From contig NZ_CALYQK010000002.1 of the NCBI RefSeq assembly GCF_945285465.1, positions 2,544 to 66,543 on the forward strand: a DNA stretch of 64,000 nt, read 5' to 3'. The notes beneath the pieces were generated by a model that saw only the letters and a program-made list of their open reading frames with translations, was not told the DNA's origin and ran no database searches. This DNA comes from an uncultured Bartonella sp. (lineage in GTDB: Bacteria > Pseudomonadota > Alphaproteobacteria > Rhizobiales > Rhizobiaceae). Position numbers and translations under genes: made by a program. Below, one piece after another: positions 38,311 through 49,429 of the stretch. How positions within the stretch are numbered: position 1 is the stretch's first letter; every line of letters starts with the position of its first letter.

Positions 38311-39732
38311 ATGTCCACGCCTGTAGTTACCCGTTTTGCCCCTTCGCCCACCGGTTTTCTTCATATTGGAGGAGCGCGTACTGCCCTTTTCAACTGGCTT
38401 TATGCAAAACATACCGGCGGAAAAATGTTGCTTCGCATCGAAGACACTGACAGGGAACGTTCAACCGAAGCGGCGGTCAAAGCAATTATCGACGGATTGG
38501 ACTGGCTGGGTTTAACATGGGATGGAGAACCGATTTCACAGTTTTCGCGCGTTGACCGTCATCGCGAGGTGGCCGAGCAACTGGTAAAAAATGGCAAGGC
38601 CTATTATTGCTATGCCACACCTGAAGAACTCGCCGAAATGAGAGAAAAAGCCAGAGCAGAAGGAAAGCCGCCGCGCTATAACGGAATTTGGCGTGATCGC
38701 GATCCATCAGAAGCACCAAAAGGTGTAAAGCCGGTCATAAGAATAAAAGCGCCCCATGATGGCGAAACTGTTGTTCATGACCGTGTGCAGGGTGAAGTGC
38801 GTTTTCCCAATAAGGATCTTGATGATTTCATTATTCTGCGTTCTGACAAAACTCCCACTTATATGCTTGCAGTCGTTGTTGATGATCATGATATGGGAGT
38901 GACGCATATTATTCGTGGCGATGACCATTTAACCAATGCCGCCCGTCAGACAATTCTGTTTGATGCCATGGGCTGGGCCGTGCCGGTAATGGCGCATATT
39001 CCGCTTATTCATGGTGCTGATGGCGCAAAATTGTCGAAAAGACATGGTGCGCTGGGTGTTGATGCCTATCGTAGAATGGGATATCTACCCGTCGCATTGC
39101 GCAATTACCTTGTACGCCTTGGCTGGAGCCACGGCGATGATGAAATTATCTCTACCGAAGATATGATTTCATGGTTTGATATTAATGACATCAATAAAGG
39201 TGCTGCACGTTTCGACTTTAAAAAGCTTGAAGCCATTAATGGTCAATATATGAGGATGGCCGATGACAATGAGCTTTTGCAATCTGCTCTTGCGATTTTG
39301 CCGGAAATCGAGGGTGGCAAAGAAATTGAACAAAAACTCGATGAAAAAAGGCGTGCCGAGTTTTTACAAGCGATGCCGGAATTGAAAGAACGGGCAAAAA
39401 CGCTTGTCGAACTGATTGATAATGCCGGTTTTATCTTTGCCAATCGCCCGCTGAAGCTTGATGAAAAGGCTGCAAACCTTTTAAATTCCGAAGGAAAAGC
39501 TATTTTAAAAGCTGTTTATCCGGTTCTTCAGTCCTGTGCAAACTGGGATAAGGAACAACTCGACCACGCGATCAGGCAATATGCTGAAAGTGCACAATTA
39601 AAACTTGGCAAAGTGGCCCAGCCTTTACGTGCCGCTCTGACTGGAAAAGCGGTATCACCCGGCGTATTTGACGTTTTGGTTACGTTGGGACGCGAAGAGT
39701 CACTTGCCCGTATTCATGATCAGATAGCATGA
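38311..39732 (+). CDS. gltX: Glutamate--tRNA ligase
   Basis: [24 protein letters not shown]. Confidence 0.97.
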   Translation: MSTPVVTRFAPSPTGFLHIGGARTALFNWLYAKHTGGKMLLRIEDTDRERSTEAAVKAIIDGLDWLGLTWDGEPISQFSRVDRHREVAEQLVKNGKAYYCYATPEELAEMREKARAEGKPPRYNGIWRDRDPSEAPKGVKPVIRIKAPHDGETVVHDRVQGEVRFPNKDLDDFIILRSDKTPTYMLAVVVDDHDMGVTHIIRGDDHLTNAARQTILFDAMGWAVPVMAHIPLIHGADGAKLSKRHGALGVDAYRRMGYLPVALRNYLVRLGWSHGDDEIISTEDMISWFDINDINKGAARFDFKKLEAINGQYMRMADDNELLQSALAILPEIEGGKEIEQKLDEKRRAEFLQAMPELKERAKTLVELIDNAGFIFANRPLKLDEKAANLLNSEGKAILKAVYPVLQSCANWDKEQLDHAIRQYAESAQLKLGKVAQPLRAALTGKAVSPGVFDVLVTLGREESLARIHDQIA

Positions 39733-40047
39733 AATCTTCGCGCAAAAATTAACAGTTTCCGATATTTGATGCCACAGCTTTCAGAAATGAGCTGTAGTAT
39801 TCTTGATTTCTGGAAAATTCGGTCAAGCACTTACCCAATCAAGCAAGATTCGCACATTGCATCTGCGAAATCACACAAGATTGACATTAGTAACGGCAAA
39901 TTACCCTTTTTTCCGATTGCAAGTGCGGGCTTTTCGGCTAGTCTGAATGGCAATAGCGGCGGTAAAACTGGCCGCAATAGTGTGCGATCTGGTGTTATGC
40001 ATTAAAAACACTATTGACCCATGTCGAACATTTGAAAGGGAAGATTC

Positions 40048-41340
40048 ATGTTAGACAATAAAGCTCATATAACAATTGATGGCAAAAGCATCGAGCTACC
40101 AGTGCGCAAAGGCACAATGGGGCCCGATGTTATTGAAATTGCACCTCTTTATAAGGAAACCGGTACATTTACATATGATCCCGGCTTCACTTCGACCGCC
40201 TCATGTGAATCGAAAATAACCTATATTGATGGAAATAAAGGTGTATTGCTCTATCGTGGATATTCCATAGATCAGCTTGCCGAACATGGCGACTTCCTGG
40301 AAACTTGTTATCTTCTTTTATACGGAGAATTACCGACAAAAAAACAAAAAACCGAATTTGACCGGACAATTATGCAACATACGATGGTGCACGAGCAATT
40401 TGCCCGTTTTTTCCACGGATTTCGCCGGGATTCGCATCCTATGGCCGTCATGGTTGCCTGTCTTGGCGCTATGTCGGCTTTTTATCATGACTCACTGGAC
40501 ATTTCCGACCCGCGCCAAAGAATGATTGCCTCTATTCGTTTGATTTCCAAGGTACCTACTTTGGCAGCAATGGCTTATAAATATTCTATCGGCCAACCAT
40601 TCGTCTATCCGCGCAATGGGCTGAGCTATGCCGGTAATTTTCTGCAGATGTGTTTTGCGGTTCCTTGTGAAGAATATAAGGTCAATCCCGTTCTAGCCCG
40701 GGCCATGGACCGCATTTTTATTCTGCACGCCGACCATGAACAAAATGCGTCAACCTCAACCGTTCGTCTTGCCGGCTCTTCGGGAGCTAATCCATTTGCA
40801 TGTATTGCCGCCGGTGTTGCCTGCTTGTGGGGGCCAGCGCATGGTGGTGCAAATGAAGCCTGTCTGAAAATGTTACAGGAAATCGGCTCTGTTGACAGGA
40901 TTCCCGAGTTTATCGCCCGCGCAAAAGACAAAAATGATCCGTTCCGTCTTATGGGCTTTGGTCATCGCGTCTATAAAAACTATGACCCGCGCGCAAAGAT
41001 TATGCAAAAAACCTGTCATGAAGTACTGGGCGAACTTGGCATTAAAGATGATCCGTTGCTCGATATTGCTATGGAACTTGAACATATTGCTCTTCACGAT
41101 GACTATTTTGTCGAGAAAAAACTTTACCCGAATGTCGATTTTTATTCCGGCATTACCCTGAAAGCATTAGGGTTCCCGACGGATATGTTTACTGTTTTGT
41201 TTGCTTTGGCTCGTTGTGTCGGCTGGGTCGCCCAATGGAAAGAAATGATTGAAGATCCGGCACAGAAAATCGGCCGTCCGCGGCAGCTCTATACGGGAGC
41301 CGCCCTTCGCGAATATGTCGAGCTCGATAAGCGTAAATAA
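40048..41340 (+). CDS. gltA: Citrate synthase (type II)
   Basis: [46 protein letters not shown]. Confidence 0.98.
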   Translation: MLDNKAHITIDGKSIELPVRKGTMGPDVIEIAPLYKETGTFTYDPGFTSTASCESKITYIDGNKGVLLYRGYSIDQLAEHGDFLETCYLLLYGELPTKKQKTEFDRTIMQHTMVHEQFARFFHGFRRDSHPMAVMVACLGAMSAFYHDSLDISDPRQRMIASIRLISKVPTLAAMAYKYSIGQPFVYPRNGLSYAGNFLQMCFAVPCEEYKVNPVLARAMDRIFILHADHEQNASTSTVRLAGSSGANPFACIAAGVACLWGPAHGGANEACLKMLQEIGSVDRIPEFIARAKDKNDPFRLMGFGHRVYKNYDPRAKIMQKTCHEVLGELGIKDDPLLDIAMELEHIALHDDYFVEKKLYPNVDFYSGITLKALGFPTDMFTVLFALARCVGWVAQWKEMIEDPAQKIGRPRQLYTGAALREYVELDKRK

Positions 41341-41380
41341 TCACGGCACAAGACCAGCTTGGTCTTCTGTCGGCCAAACA

Positions 41381-41415
41381 AAAAAACCCTCTAAGTTATT
41401 CCTAGCGGGTTTTTT
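41381..41415 (+). terminator. Intrinsic (likely bidirectional) terminator after gltA
   Basis: AAAAAACCC.CTA...TAG.GGGTTTTTT. Confidence 0.7.
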
Positions 41416-41561
41416 ATTAAAAAATGCCGTTCTGCTACTCAGAATTTTCGAGACTATTGCCAGCGATAAAAACAGTCTGACCTAACCTATAAATTACCGT
41501 TGTTTATAAAATTGCCTGTCTCAATGCGACAATACAGAAGCATCGATCAACGCGACATTCC

Positions 41562-41603
41562 CCAGTCAATAAAATTGACTGGAAAAACCATTAATTTAAT
41601 GGT
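41562..41603. terminator. Two tandem hairpins at the 3' end of the SDR gene
   Basis: CCAGTCAAT-AAA-ATTGACTGG (41562-82) and ACCATTAA-T-TTAATGGT (41587-603). Confidence 0.45.
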
Positions 41604-41606
41604 GGT

Positions 41607-42377
41607 TTATTGGGCCGTATAACCGCCATCTATAACGAGCTCCGAACCCGTCACAAATCCCGATTCATCGGAAGCAAGATAAAGAATGCCGTAAGCGATA
41701 TCATCCGGCGTCCCCAACTTTCCAATAGGATGCAAAGTAATAAGTTCAGCTTTTCTTTCTTCAACATCCGTACCGCTTTCTTTGGTACTTTCTTCCACCA
41801 TCGGCGTCCAGATAAAGCCCGGGTGAACAGAATTGACACGAATACCATAGCCCGATTTAGCACAGTGCAATGCCGCCGATTTGGTAAACAATCTGACGCC
41901 GCCCTTGCTGGCATTATAGGCTGCAAGGTTTGGATCGCCTACCAGCCCTTCAATAGAGGAAAGGTTTATGATCGAACCACTTTTCTGATATTTCATAGCG
42001 CGAATTGCTTCACGCGTGCCAAGAAATACCGCATCAAGATTAATCGACTGGACAAAACGCCATCTTTCCAGTGTTTCCTCTTCCGCCGAGGCTGAATATC
42101 CGACACCAGCATTATTGACCAATATATCTAACCGCCCGAATAAATTAACAGTATCATCAACAACTTTTTTCCATTGGCTTTCGTCCGCAACATCATGCTT
42201 CATGAATTTGGCAGTGCCGCCAGCCTGGTTTATTGCAGATTCAACCTGTTGACCAAGAGCTTCATCAATATCCGTTAAAACAACCTTGGCACCCTCTTTG
42301 GCAAGAAGACGCGATGTTGCTTCTCCTAATCCTTTAGCGCCGCCGGTGACAATTGCTACCTTGTCTTTAACCCGCAT
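41607..42377 (-). CDS. Classical SDR oxidoreductase (3-beta-HSD / cyclopentanol dehydrogenase-like)
   Basis: TGGAKGLG, NNAG, S...YNASK, NSVHPG, DGG. Start set to ATG 42377 after GAGGAG. Confidence 0.9.
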   Translation of the reverse strand: MRVKDKVAIVTGGAKGLGEATSRLLAKEGAKVVLTDIDEALGQQVESAINQAGGTAKFMKHDVADESQWKKVVDDTVNLFGRLDILVNNAGVGYSASAEEETLERWRFVQSINLDAVFLGTREAIRAMKYQKSGSIINLSSIEGLVGDPNLAAYNASKGGVRLFTKSAALHCAKSGYGIRVNSVHPGFIWTPMVEESTKESGTDVEERKAELITLHPIGKLGTPDDIAYGILYLASDESGFVTGSELVIDGGYTAQ

Positions 42378-42454
42378 TTTAATTCTCCTCATCCAACTTG
42401 ACAATTTATCTCTTTATTCAGCCGAGATAGTAATATATCTAACAGATAAAGTGC

Positions 42455-43576
42455 TTAACGTACAATTGTTAAACGTTCTGCTGCACGCGTAATTGCTGTA
42501 TAAAGCCAACGTTCCCGTGTTTCACGAAATGCAAAACTTTCATCAAATAACACGACATTATCCCACTGTGAACCTTGCGCCTTATGTACGGTCAAAGCGT
42601 ATCCATAATCGAAATCATCGTAACGTCGCTTCATCTGCCAGGATATCTCGCTATCAGGATCTTCAAAAATTGCTTTTAACAATTTAATTTTAGCAACACC
42701 ACGGTCGTCATCTTCGGGCGTAACCAGCAGAATAATTCCCGGTTTTATTGTTTCTTTCGATGCCGTCAGAACCTTCCATAACGAGCCGTTCAGCAAGCCC
42801 TTGGCCGGATCATTGCGCAGGCAAACAAGCTTGTCTCCCGCTTGCGGGTAATCGGCACCAAAACCTTTCAATTCACGCAAGCGTTTATTATAAAGGCGGC
42901 GTGTTCTGTTAATGCCTAACAGAACCTGATCAGCTTCAAGGACCAATTGTTGGTCAACCTGTTTACGAGGTATTACTTTTGCCGTGCCATAGTCGCCATA
43001 TTGTATGTTGCGTCCTTCGCGTACATCCATGGCCAACCGAATAATCGGATTGTCCTGCGCCTGGCGGTGAATTTCCGTCAACAGAAAATCCGGCTCATGT
43101 TCGGTAAAAAAACCTCCACCCGATATTGGCGGCAACTGCCCCGGGTCGCCCAAAACCAAGATCGGCGTGCCAAAACTCATTAAATCACGCCCCAATTGTT
43201 CATCAACCATTGAACATTCGTCAATGACAACAAGTTTTGCTTGTGCAACAGGACTTTGCCGATTTATCGAAAACATCGGTGCCATCGACGTTTTACCCGT
43301 CGTTTCGTCGGCAACTTCTTCTTCCCCCCTCGGGCGATAGATCAATGAATGGATAGTTCGGGCATTACTTGCCCCTTTACTGCGCAGAACTTGCGCAGCT
43401 TTCCCGGTAAAAGCGGCAAATTGCACCGTGCCGTCAACACTTTCAGCAAAATATCTTGCCAATGTTGTTTTGCCTGTACCGGCATAGCCGAACAAACGAA
43501 ATACAGGTGATCTGCCATTTTTTAGCCACGCGGCCACTTTTGTCAGAGCACTATCTTGTTCGGGTGAAAATTGCAT
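42455..43576 (-). CDS. RecD/Dda-like SF1 ATP-dependent helicase (annotated exonuclease V alpha in rhizobia)
   Basis: GYAGTGKT, DECSM, GDPGQLPP, YALTVHKAQGS, YTAITRA. Start set to ATG 43576 (MQFSPEQ). Confidence 0.9.
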   Translation of the reverse strand: MQFSPEQDSALTKVAAWLKNGRSPVFRLFGYAGTGKTTLARYFAESVDGTVQFAAFTGKAAQVLRSKGASNARTIHSLIYRPRGEEEVADETTGKTSMAPMFSINRQSPVAQAKLVVIDECSMVDEQLGRDLMSFGTPILVLGDPGQLPPISGGGFFTEHEPDFLLTEIHRQAQDNPIIRLAMDVREGRNIQYGDYGTAKVIPRKQVDQQLVLEADQVLLGINRTRRLYNKRLRELKGFGADYPQAGDKLVCLRNDPAKGLLNGSLWKVLTASKETIKPGIILLVTPEDDDRGVAKIKLLKAIFEDPDSEISWQMKRRYDDFDYGYALTVHKAQGSQWDNVVLFDESFAFRETRERWLYTAITRAAERLTIVR

Positions 43577-43665
43577 ATGACAACCAAATAGGATTCGACG
43601 GATAAGGGCAAGTCTTTTATAATAGCAGCTTTCAAAGTCCGGCATTCCTAGCACAGGCGGAAAAT

Positions 43666-44728
43666 ATGTTAAAGGTAGACATTGGCCAGCGGTTCGATCT
43701 TGATATACCGCTCATCCAGGCACCGATGGCCGGTGTTTCTACGCCGGTTCTTGCCGCAAAGGTTTGCAATAGCGGTGGCATCGGCTCGCACGGGCTTGGT
43801 GCATTATCTGTGTTTAAAGCTGCCCGTGCGATTGCTGCTTTGCGCGAGATGACACATCGTCCGGTTAATAATAATTTTTTTGTCATAAGCCGCGCCCTTT
43901 AGATAAGGAAATCGAAAAAAAATGGCTCGACAATCTTCAGCCATAGTTTCATCGTTTTTTACAGCAGCCACCACAAAGCTTGCACCCAATATATGATAGT
44001 TTTAATACGAATGATGAACTTTTAAAACTCGCCATCAATGAAAAGCCTGCTATTGCCAGCTTTCATTTCGGCATTCCCGATAGCGAAAAAATACACGCAC
44101 TGAAACAGGCAGGTATTTTTCTTACGGCGTCGGCAACCAATCTTGATGAAGCAAAAACAATAGAAAAAGCTGGCGTCGATGCAGTGATTGCTCAAGACTA
44201 TGAAGCTGGCGGGCATCGCGCAATATTTGACGAGAATTCCCCTGATTCATGCCTGTCACTTGTTCCACTGATGATGATATTAATAAAACATATTAAAATT
44301 CCAGTAATTGCTGCGGGCGGAATTATGGATGGTCATGACATTGCCGCCATGATTAAACTGGGGCGGGTGCCATACAAATGGGAACAGCTTTTATCAGCTG
44401 TGATGAATCTGAGGCCGATATTGGCTATAGACAAACACTTGCCAGCCAATCGGCTTATCAAACGTTGATGACTAGAATATTTTCCGGCCGGCCAGCCCAT
44501 GCCCTCTGCAATCACTTTACCCGATATATGGCAACGCAATCGGAAAATAGTGTACCACCCTACCCCTATGCCTATGATGCGGCAAAAAATTTGATTAAAG
44601 CAGCCTCATTACATGGTGATTTTCATTACGGTGCCTATTGGGCAGGACAAGGCGCACCGCTTTCGCGCCCAATGAGAGCCGATTTGCTGATGGCCTGCCT
44701 TAAACAGGAATATCTTGAATCTTTCTGA
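43666..44728 (+). pseudogene. Nitronate monooxygenase (2-nitropropane dioxygenase family) pseudogene
   Basis: QAPMAGVS, EAGGHR, IAAGGIMDG, QMGTAF and WAGQG are split over three frames by frameshifts at T7 (43875-81) and G4 (44360-63), plus an in-frame TAG at 43944-46. Confidence 0.88.
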
Positions 44729-44777
44729 CTTTTTATAGCGCAGATATCGGTGCACCTTTTAATGGTGACCCCGATTT

Positions 44778-45353
44778 TCACATACCATCCGGACCACGAT
44801 TCATGGCTGAAACACCGGTGCGGCATATTTCTACCAGTCCCAAAGGACGCATAATAGATATAAATTGGTCAACTTTGGCTGTACGCCCTGTAATTTCAAA
44901 AATAAAGTGTTCAACAGTGGCATCAATGACCTTGGCTCGAAATGCTTCGGCCAACCGCAATGCTTCGATGCGATCGGCACCCTCGCCAGCAACCTTGATA
45001 AGTGCTAATTCGCGTTCGATCGGACCTTCCTGACCCAGTTCGCGTGCCCGAACCGTTAAATCAACAACACGGTGCACCGGCACAATACGCTCCAACTGAT
45101 GCCTTATCTGATCAAGAACCTGCGGGGTTGCGCGCGTCACAACAGTGATACGCGACAAGCGTTGCTCATGTTCTGTCTCCGAAACTGTCAGACTTTCAAT
45201 ATTATAACCTCTTCCCGAAAATAGACCAATAACGCGGGCCAACACTCCCGGCTCATTATCGACCAACACCGCAAGCATATGCGTTTCCATCGGATCGTTA
45301 TCCGGCTCGATAAAATAAGCTGAGCCAAAGCTTAAATTCTGTGCATTCATCAT
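44778..45353 (-). CDS. ilvH: Acetolactate synthase small (regulatory) subunit
   Basis: VDNEPGVLARVIGLFSGRGYNIESL, ERELALIKV. Confidence 0.95.
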   Translation of the reverse strand: MMNAQNLSFGSAYFIEPDNDPMETHMLAVLVDNEPGVLARVIGLFSGRGYNIESLTVSETEHEQRLSRITVVTRATPQVLDQIRHQLERIVPVHRVVDLTVRARELGQEGPIERELALIKVAGEGADRIEALRLAEAFRAKVIDATVEHFIFEITGRTAKVDQFISIMRPLGLVEICRTGVSAMNRGPDGM

Positions 45354-45362
45354 TCTTGTTCC

Positions 45363-47162
45363 TTATACGAGCGAGCGGCCTTTAGCATCAATAGCAGTTG
45401 CAACAGCATCATCATTAGCTTCATCAGGCAAAAGCATGTCATTGTGGGCGCGCCCTGACGGTATCATCGGGAAACAATTTTCCTGATTGGCAACAACGCA
45501 ATCAAAAAACACCGGCTTGTCGCTATTCAGCATTTCGATAATTTTCTCGTCAAGTTCATCGGCTTTTGTGCACCTGATGCCAACCGCACCATAGGCTTCG
45601 GCAAGTTTTACAAAATCGGGTAGCGATTCTGTATAAGAATTCGACAACCTGTTACCATGCAGAAGCTGCTGCCATTGACGAACCATACCCATATAATGGT
45701 TATTCAAAATAAAGACTTTGACAGGTGTCTTATGCTGCATTGCTGTGGCAATTTCCTGAATATTCATTTGAATGGAAGCATCGCCAGCAACACAAATTAC
45801 CAAGGCATCACGATGGGCTATCTGAACACCTATTGATGCCGGAAAGCCATAACCCATTGTGCCCAAACCACCCGACGTCATAAAATGGCGCGGCTCGTCA
45901 AAACCGTAATATTGCGCCGCCCACATTTGGTGTTGTCCGACTTCGGTAGTAATATAGGCGTTTTTATCCTTTGTAAGTTGATAAAGCCGCTCTATGGCAT
46001 ATTGCGGCATGATGACATTTTCATCACGGTGATAAGCAAGCGAGTTACGCGCCCGCCAATGATTGATTTCATCCCACCATGCTTTTCTGTCATTTTTATC
46101 GGCAACAGGTTTTAAGGCACGCAAACCGCGTGTCATATTTTCGAGAATATTTGCGACATCACCAACAATCGGTACTTCAACCTGTACAGTCTTATTAATT
46201 GACGAGGGGTCGATATCAATGTGGATAATACGGGCATTCGGTGCAAATGCATCAAGGCGACCGGTTATACGGTCATCAAAACGGGCACCAACAGCCAACA
46301 TAACGTCACAATCATGCATCGTCATATTGGCTTCATAGGTGCCGTGCATGCCCAGCATGCCGAGCCAATTCTTTCCCGATGCCGGATAAGCGCCCAACCC
46401 CATAAGTGTGGAGGTGATCGGAAAATCGCCAAGAGCTACAAGCTCGCGCAAAAATCTAACTGCATTGCTGCCGGAAGAAATAACCCCGCCGCCGGAATAA
46501 ATGACAGGTTTTTTCGCATCTGCAAGCATTGAAACGGCATATTCGATTGCTTTGCTATTTCCTTCGACTTGCGGACGATAGCTTTGTCGCGGCATAGATT
46601 TTGGTGCTGTATAAATGCCGGAGGCAAATTGTACATCCTTGGGAATATCAATCAAAACCGGCCCGGGCCGGCCGGTCTGAGCAATATAGAAAGCTTCATG
46701 AATAATGCGTGACAAGTCGTTGACATTTTTCACCAGCCAGTTGTGTTTGGTACATGGCCGTGTGATACCAACAGTATCAGCCTCCTGAAAACCGTCTGTA
46801 CCAATTAATGTCGTTGGCACCTGGCCCGATAAACAGACGAGAGGAATGGAATCCATAAGAGCATCTTGCAATGCTGTTACAGTATTAGTGGCACCCGGAC
46901 CCGAGGTCACCAACATAACGCCTACCTTTCCGGTACTGCGGGCATAACCTTCTGCGGCATGACCGGCTGCCTGCTCGTGGCGAACCAGAATATGCTGGAA
47001 AGAGTTCTGCTGATAGATTTCGTCAAAAATCGGAAGAACAGCTCCACCGGGATAACCAAACACATGTTCAACGCCCTGATCGATCAGCGCTTGCACGACC
47101 ATCTCCGCTCCAGACATTGTTTTTCCATCGAAACTGTCTTGTGGCTTTGGTTGTTCTGTCAT
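45363..47162 (-). CDS. ilvI: Acetolactate synthase large subunit
   Basis: FGYPGGAVL, RHEQ, TSGPGATN, MLGMHG, RFDDR, GDAS..MN..E..NN TPP motif. Confidence 0.96.
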   Translation of the reverse strand: MTEQPKPQDSFDGKTMSGAEMVVQALIDQGVEHVFGYPGGAVLPIFDEIYQQNSFQHILVRHEQAAGHAAEGYARSTGKVGVMLVTSGPGATNTVTALQDALMDSIPLVCLSGQVPTTLIGTDGFQEADTVGITRPCTKHNWLVKNVNDLSRIIHEAFYIAQTGRPGPVLIDIPKDVQFASGIYTAPKSMPRQSYRPQVEGNSKAIEYAVSMLADAKKPVIYSGGGVISSGSNAVRFLRELVALGDFPITSTLMGLGAYPASGKNWLGMLGMHGTYEANMTMHDCDVMLAVGARFDDRITGRLDAFAPNARIIHIDIDPSSINKTVQVEVPIVGDVANILENMTRGLRALKPVADKNDRKAWWDEINHWRARNSLAYHRDENVIMPQYAIERLYQLTKDKNAYITTEVGQHQMWAAQYYGFDEPRHFMTSGGLGTMGYGFPASIGVQIAHRDALVICVAGDASIQMNIQEIATAMQHKTPVKVFILNNHYMGMVRQWQQLLHGNRLSNSYTESLPDFVKLAEAYGAVGIRCTKADELDEKIIEMLNSDKPVFFDCVVANQENCFPMIPSGRAHNDMLLPDEANDDAVATAIDAKGRSLV

Positions 47163-47193
47163 TTTTCCTACTCGTCAACTAATTCACTGAAGT

Positions 47194-47219
47194 AATAAAA
47201 AAGGCCCCCAAGGGAGCCT
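47194..47219 (-). terminator. Attenuator terminator of ilvIH
   Basis: Minus strand AGGCTCC-CTTG-GGGGCCT followed by TTTTTATT, about 30 nt before the ilvI start. Confidence 0.85.
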
Positions 47220-47251
47220 GTTTCGCGTATGAGTGGCTATATGCCGAATGG

Positions 47252-47302
47252 TTACACCATCTGCCTCATACGCGCTCTCACTACTAGAATAATCTGTTCC
47301 AT
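47252..47302 (-). CDS. ilvIH attenuator leader peptide MEQIILVVRARMRQMV
   Basis: Manual translation shows tandem Ile-Ile-Leu-Val-Val control codons, followed by alternative hairpins and a terminator. Confidence 0.85.
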   Translation of the reverse strand: MEQIILVVRARMRQMV

Positions 47303-47309
47303 AGTCAAA

Positions 47310-47338
47310 ACATTATTATGCCCGTTACATTACGTCAA
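47310..47338 (-). promoter_or_regulatory. Sigma70 promoter of the ilv leader
   Basis: TTGACG-N17-TAATGT, with +1 predicted at or near the leader ATG. Confidence 0.6.
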
Positions 47339-47581
47339 TCCAAAATTTTCAATTTTTATACGATAAACGAAACTTGATAAGACGATGACCGGCAAATTTC
47401 ATAAATAAATATGCAGAACTACCAATCCGTTCAGTTACTCAATTGGCAAACGGTTTTTTTGAATAGAAAGATAATCATTCAATTAATGCCACAATCCATC
47501 ATTCAGAAAATGCCGAGATAGTGACAGCTGAATGAAGATAATACGCAACCTTTTGCATTAATATAACGGCATAAAAGCCGA

Positions 47582-48394
47582 TTATTGTTTTCTGGCAAGA
47601 AAAAGTTGTCCCGTTACCGGTTCTCCTTGTTCGGCCCGCACAACAATATTATTAACGGTCAGGCATTCAAGTGCATTTTTGGCCAGCATCTCTTCAATAT
47701 AAGCTTGTTGATGAGCAAAACGCTGATACGGACCAACTTTATAGTGATGCCCGTCAAATGCACTTGAATGCAGTGTTTCTGTCGAAAAACCGAAAACACC
47801 ATTTTTTTCCAGACATTTGCTCACGCCACTAAAGAAAACTTTTATATCGCCCATATAAGGCAATACATCTGTTGCCACGATCAGATCCCACAGACTGCCG
47901 GCTTTCAAGACAAAATCAACAACATCCCCCACAAACAACTTTTGATAATCGCCTTTTTCATGAGCGATTTCGATCATATTTTCGGAAAGATCGACGCCCG
48001 TTTTTTCGTTTGCAATATCCTCCAAAGCATCGCCGGACAAACCGGTACCACAGCCAAGATCAAGCATTTTTTGAAATTTTCTTGCGCGGAAAACTTTTAT
48101 AATTTCTTCGCGTAATTGTAATGGAACATCATAGCCTAACTGGTCAACCAGAATATAATCGAACATATCCGCATTCTGGTCAAAGAGCGTAGCAACATAG
48201 GCCTTCGAAGCAGTCACCGGTGTTTCACCACGGTCGATCGATGCAAGACGCACGCGAATGCCACCAAAATCTTCCGGATCAATAGCCAGCGCCTGACGAT
48301 AGGCATCTGCCGCCTTGTCAAAATTGCCCTGTTTTTCCAATGCCAGACCTAAATTATAAAAATGCTCCAGCTTCGATTTATTCGTTTTCACCAC
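47582..48394 (-). CDS. SAM-dependent methyltransferase with N-terminal TPR
   Basis: YNLGLALEKQG TPR, YVATLFDQ.A..FD..LV..LGY.VP, LDLGCGTG. Start GTG near 48394 overlaps the upstream gene. Confidence 0.87.
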   Translation of the reverse strand: MVKTNKSKLEHFYNLGLALEKQGNFDKAADAYRQALAIDPEDFGGIRVRLASIDRGETPVTASKAYVATLFDQNADMFDYILVDQLGYDVPLQLREEIIKVFRARKFQKMLDLGCGTGLSGDALEDIANEKTGVDLSENMIEIAHEKGDYQKLFVGDVVDFVLKAGSLWDLIVATDVLPYMGDIKVFFSGVSKCLEKNGVFGFSTETLHSSAFDGHHYKVGPYQRFAHQQAYIEEMLAKNALECLTVNNIVVRAEQGEPVTGQLFLARKQ

Positions 48395-49361
48395 TTTGTT
48401 TACTTCTTTCTGACAAATGACGGGCAATAACGGTGCAAACCATCAATTGTATTTGGTGAAATAGCATCAACGGCAAAACAATTGCACCAATTGCTCCCCC
48501 TGAGCCGGCAAAAATGGCATTTGCCATAGGAGCTCCGCTCGCCAAACTTTTTTTCGAGCCACAAAACGTAATGGTTATCTGATCCTGTTCTCTAAAACCT
48601 AAAAGTTTGGATCCATACCAGGTAACCACCAAAACAATGGCAAGTAAAACGATATCTATAATAACCATCACGAAAAGGTCACGCCAGCTTGTTGTATGCC
48701 ACAAACCACTTGTCATTGCTTCACTGAAAGCAAGATAAACAACCAGAACAATAGACCCCCTGTCGACGAAAGACGTTAATGCTTTGTGCTTTATGACAAA
48801 TTTGCCGATCCAGCGTTGGCAGAATTGGCCAGCCACAAAAGGAATAAGCAACTGCACAAATATACTTTCCAATGCTGTTGCCGATATAGCGGCTTTGCCG
48901 CTGCCAGCCGAAAACAACAAGCCAACCAAAAGCGGCGTTAAAAACATGCCAAAAATATTGGATGCCGATGCCGAAACAATTGCAGCCGGCACATTACCAC
49001 CGGCAATAGACGTAAATGCTATCGACGATTGAACCGTTGATGGCAACACACATAAATAGAGGACTCCAGCATAGAATGTTGACTCTTTCAAACCGGGAAT
49101 AATTGCACCTGCAAGAACGCCCAAAACCGGAAACAGAACAAATGTCGCCAGAAAAACCGTTAAATGCAGACGCCAATTCACAATACCGGCGACAACAGCC
49201 TGTCGTGGCAACTTTGCTCCGTGAAGAAAAAATAACAAGCCGACAAAAACCTGCGTTAGCAAAGAGAACCACTCTGCCGCCTTTCCCGAAATAGGTGCAA
49301 CGCTGGCAATAATGATTGTTATAATCAGAGCAGTCAGAAATTTGTCCGGAAGAAATTTCAT
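48378..49361 (-). CDS. Bile acid:sodium symporter family (YfeH/SBF-like) transporter
   Basis: LFFLHGAKL, LPSTVQSSIAFTS.AGGN, FCGSKKSLASG.PMA. Confidence 0.9.
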   Translation of the reverse strand: MKFLPDKFLTALIITIIIASVAPISGKAAEWFSLLTQVFVGLLFFLHGAKLPRQAVVAGIVNWRLHLTVFLATFVLFPVLGVLAGAIIPGLKESTFYAGVLYLCVLPSTVQSSIAFTSIAGGNVPAAIVSASASNIFGMFLTPLLVGLLFSAGSGKAAISATALESIFVQLLIPFVAGQFCQRWIGKFVIKHKALTSFVDRGSIVLVVYLAFSEAMTSGLWHTTSWRDLFVMVIIDIVLLAIVLVVTWYGSKLLGFREQDQITITFCGSKKSLASGAPMANAIFAGSGGAIGAIVLPLMLFHQIQLMVCTVIARHLSERSKQSGENE

Positions 49362-49429
49362 TATCGTATTTTTCTCGAGAGGATCAAAGACGAAATAATA
49401 ACGACAAAACTCAGCATTTGTTGAACGAA

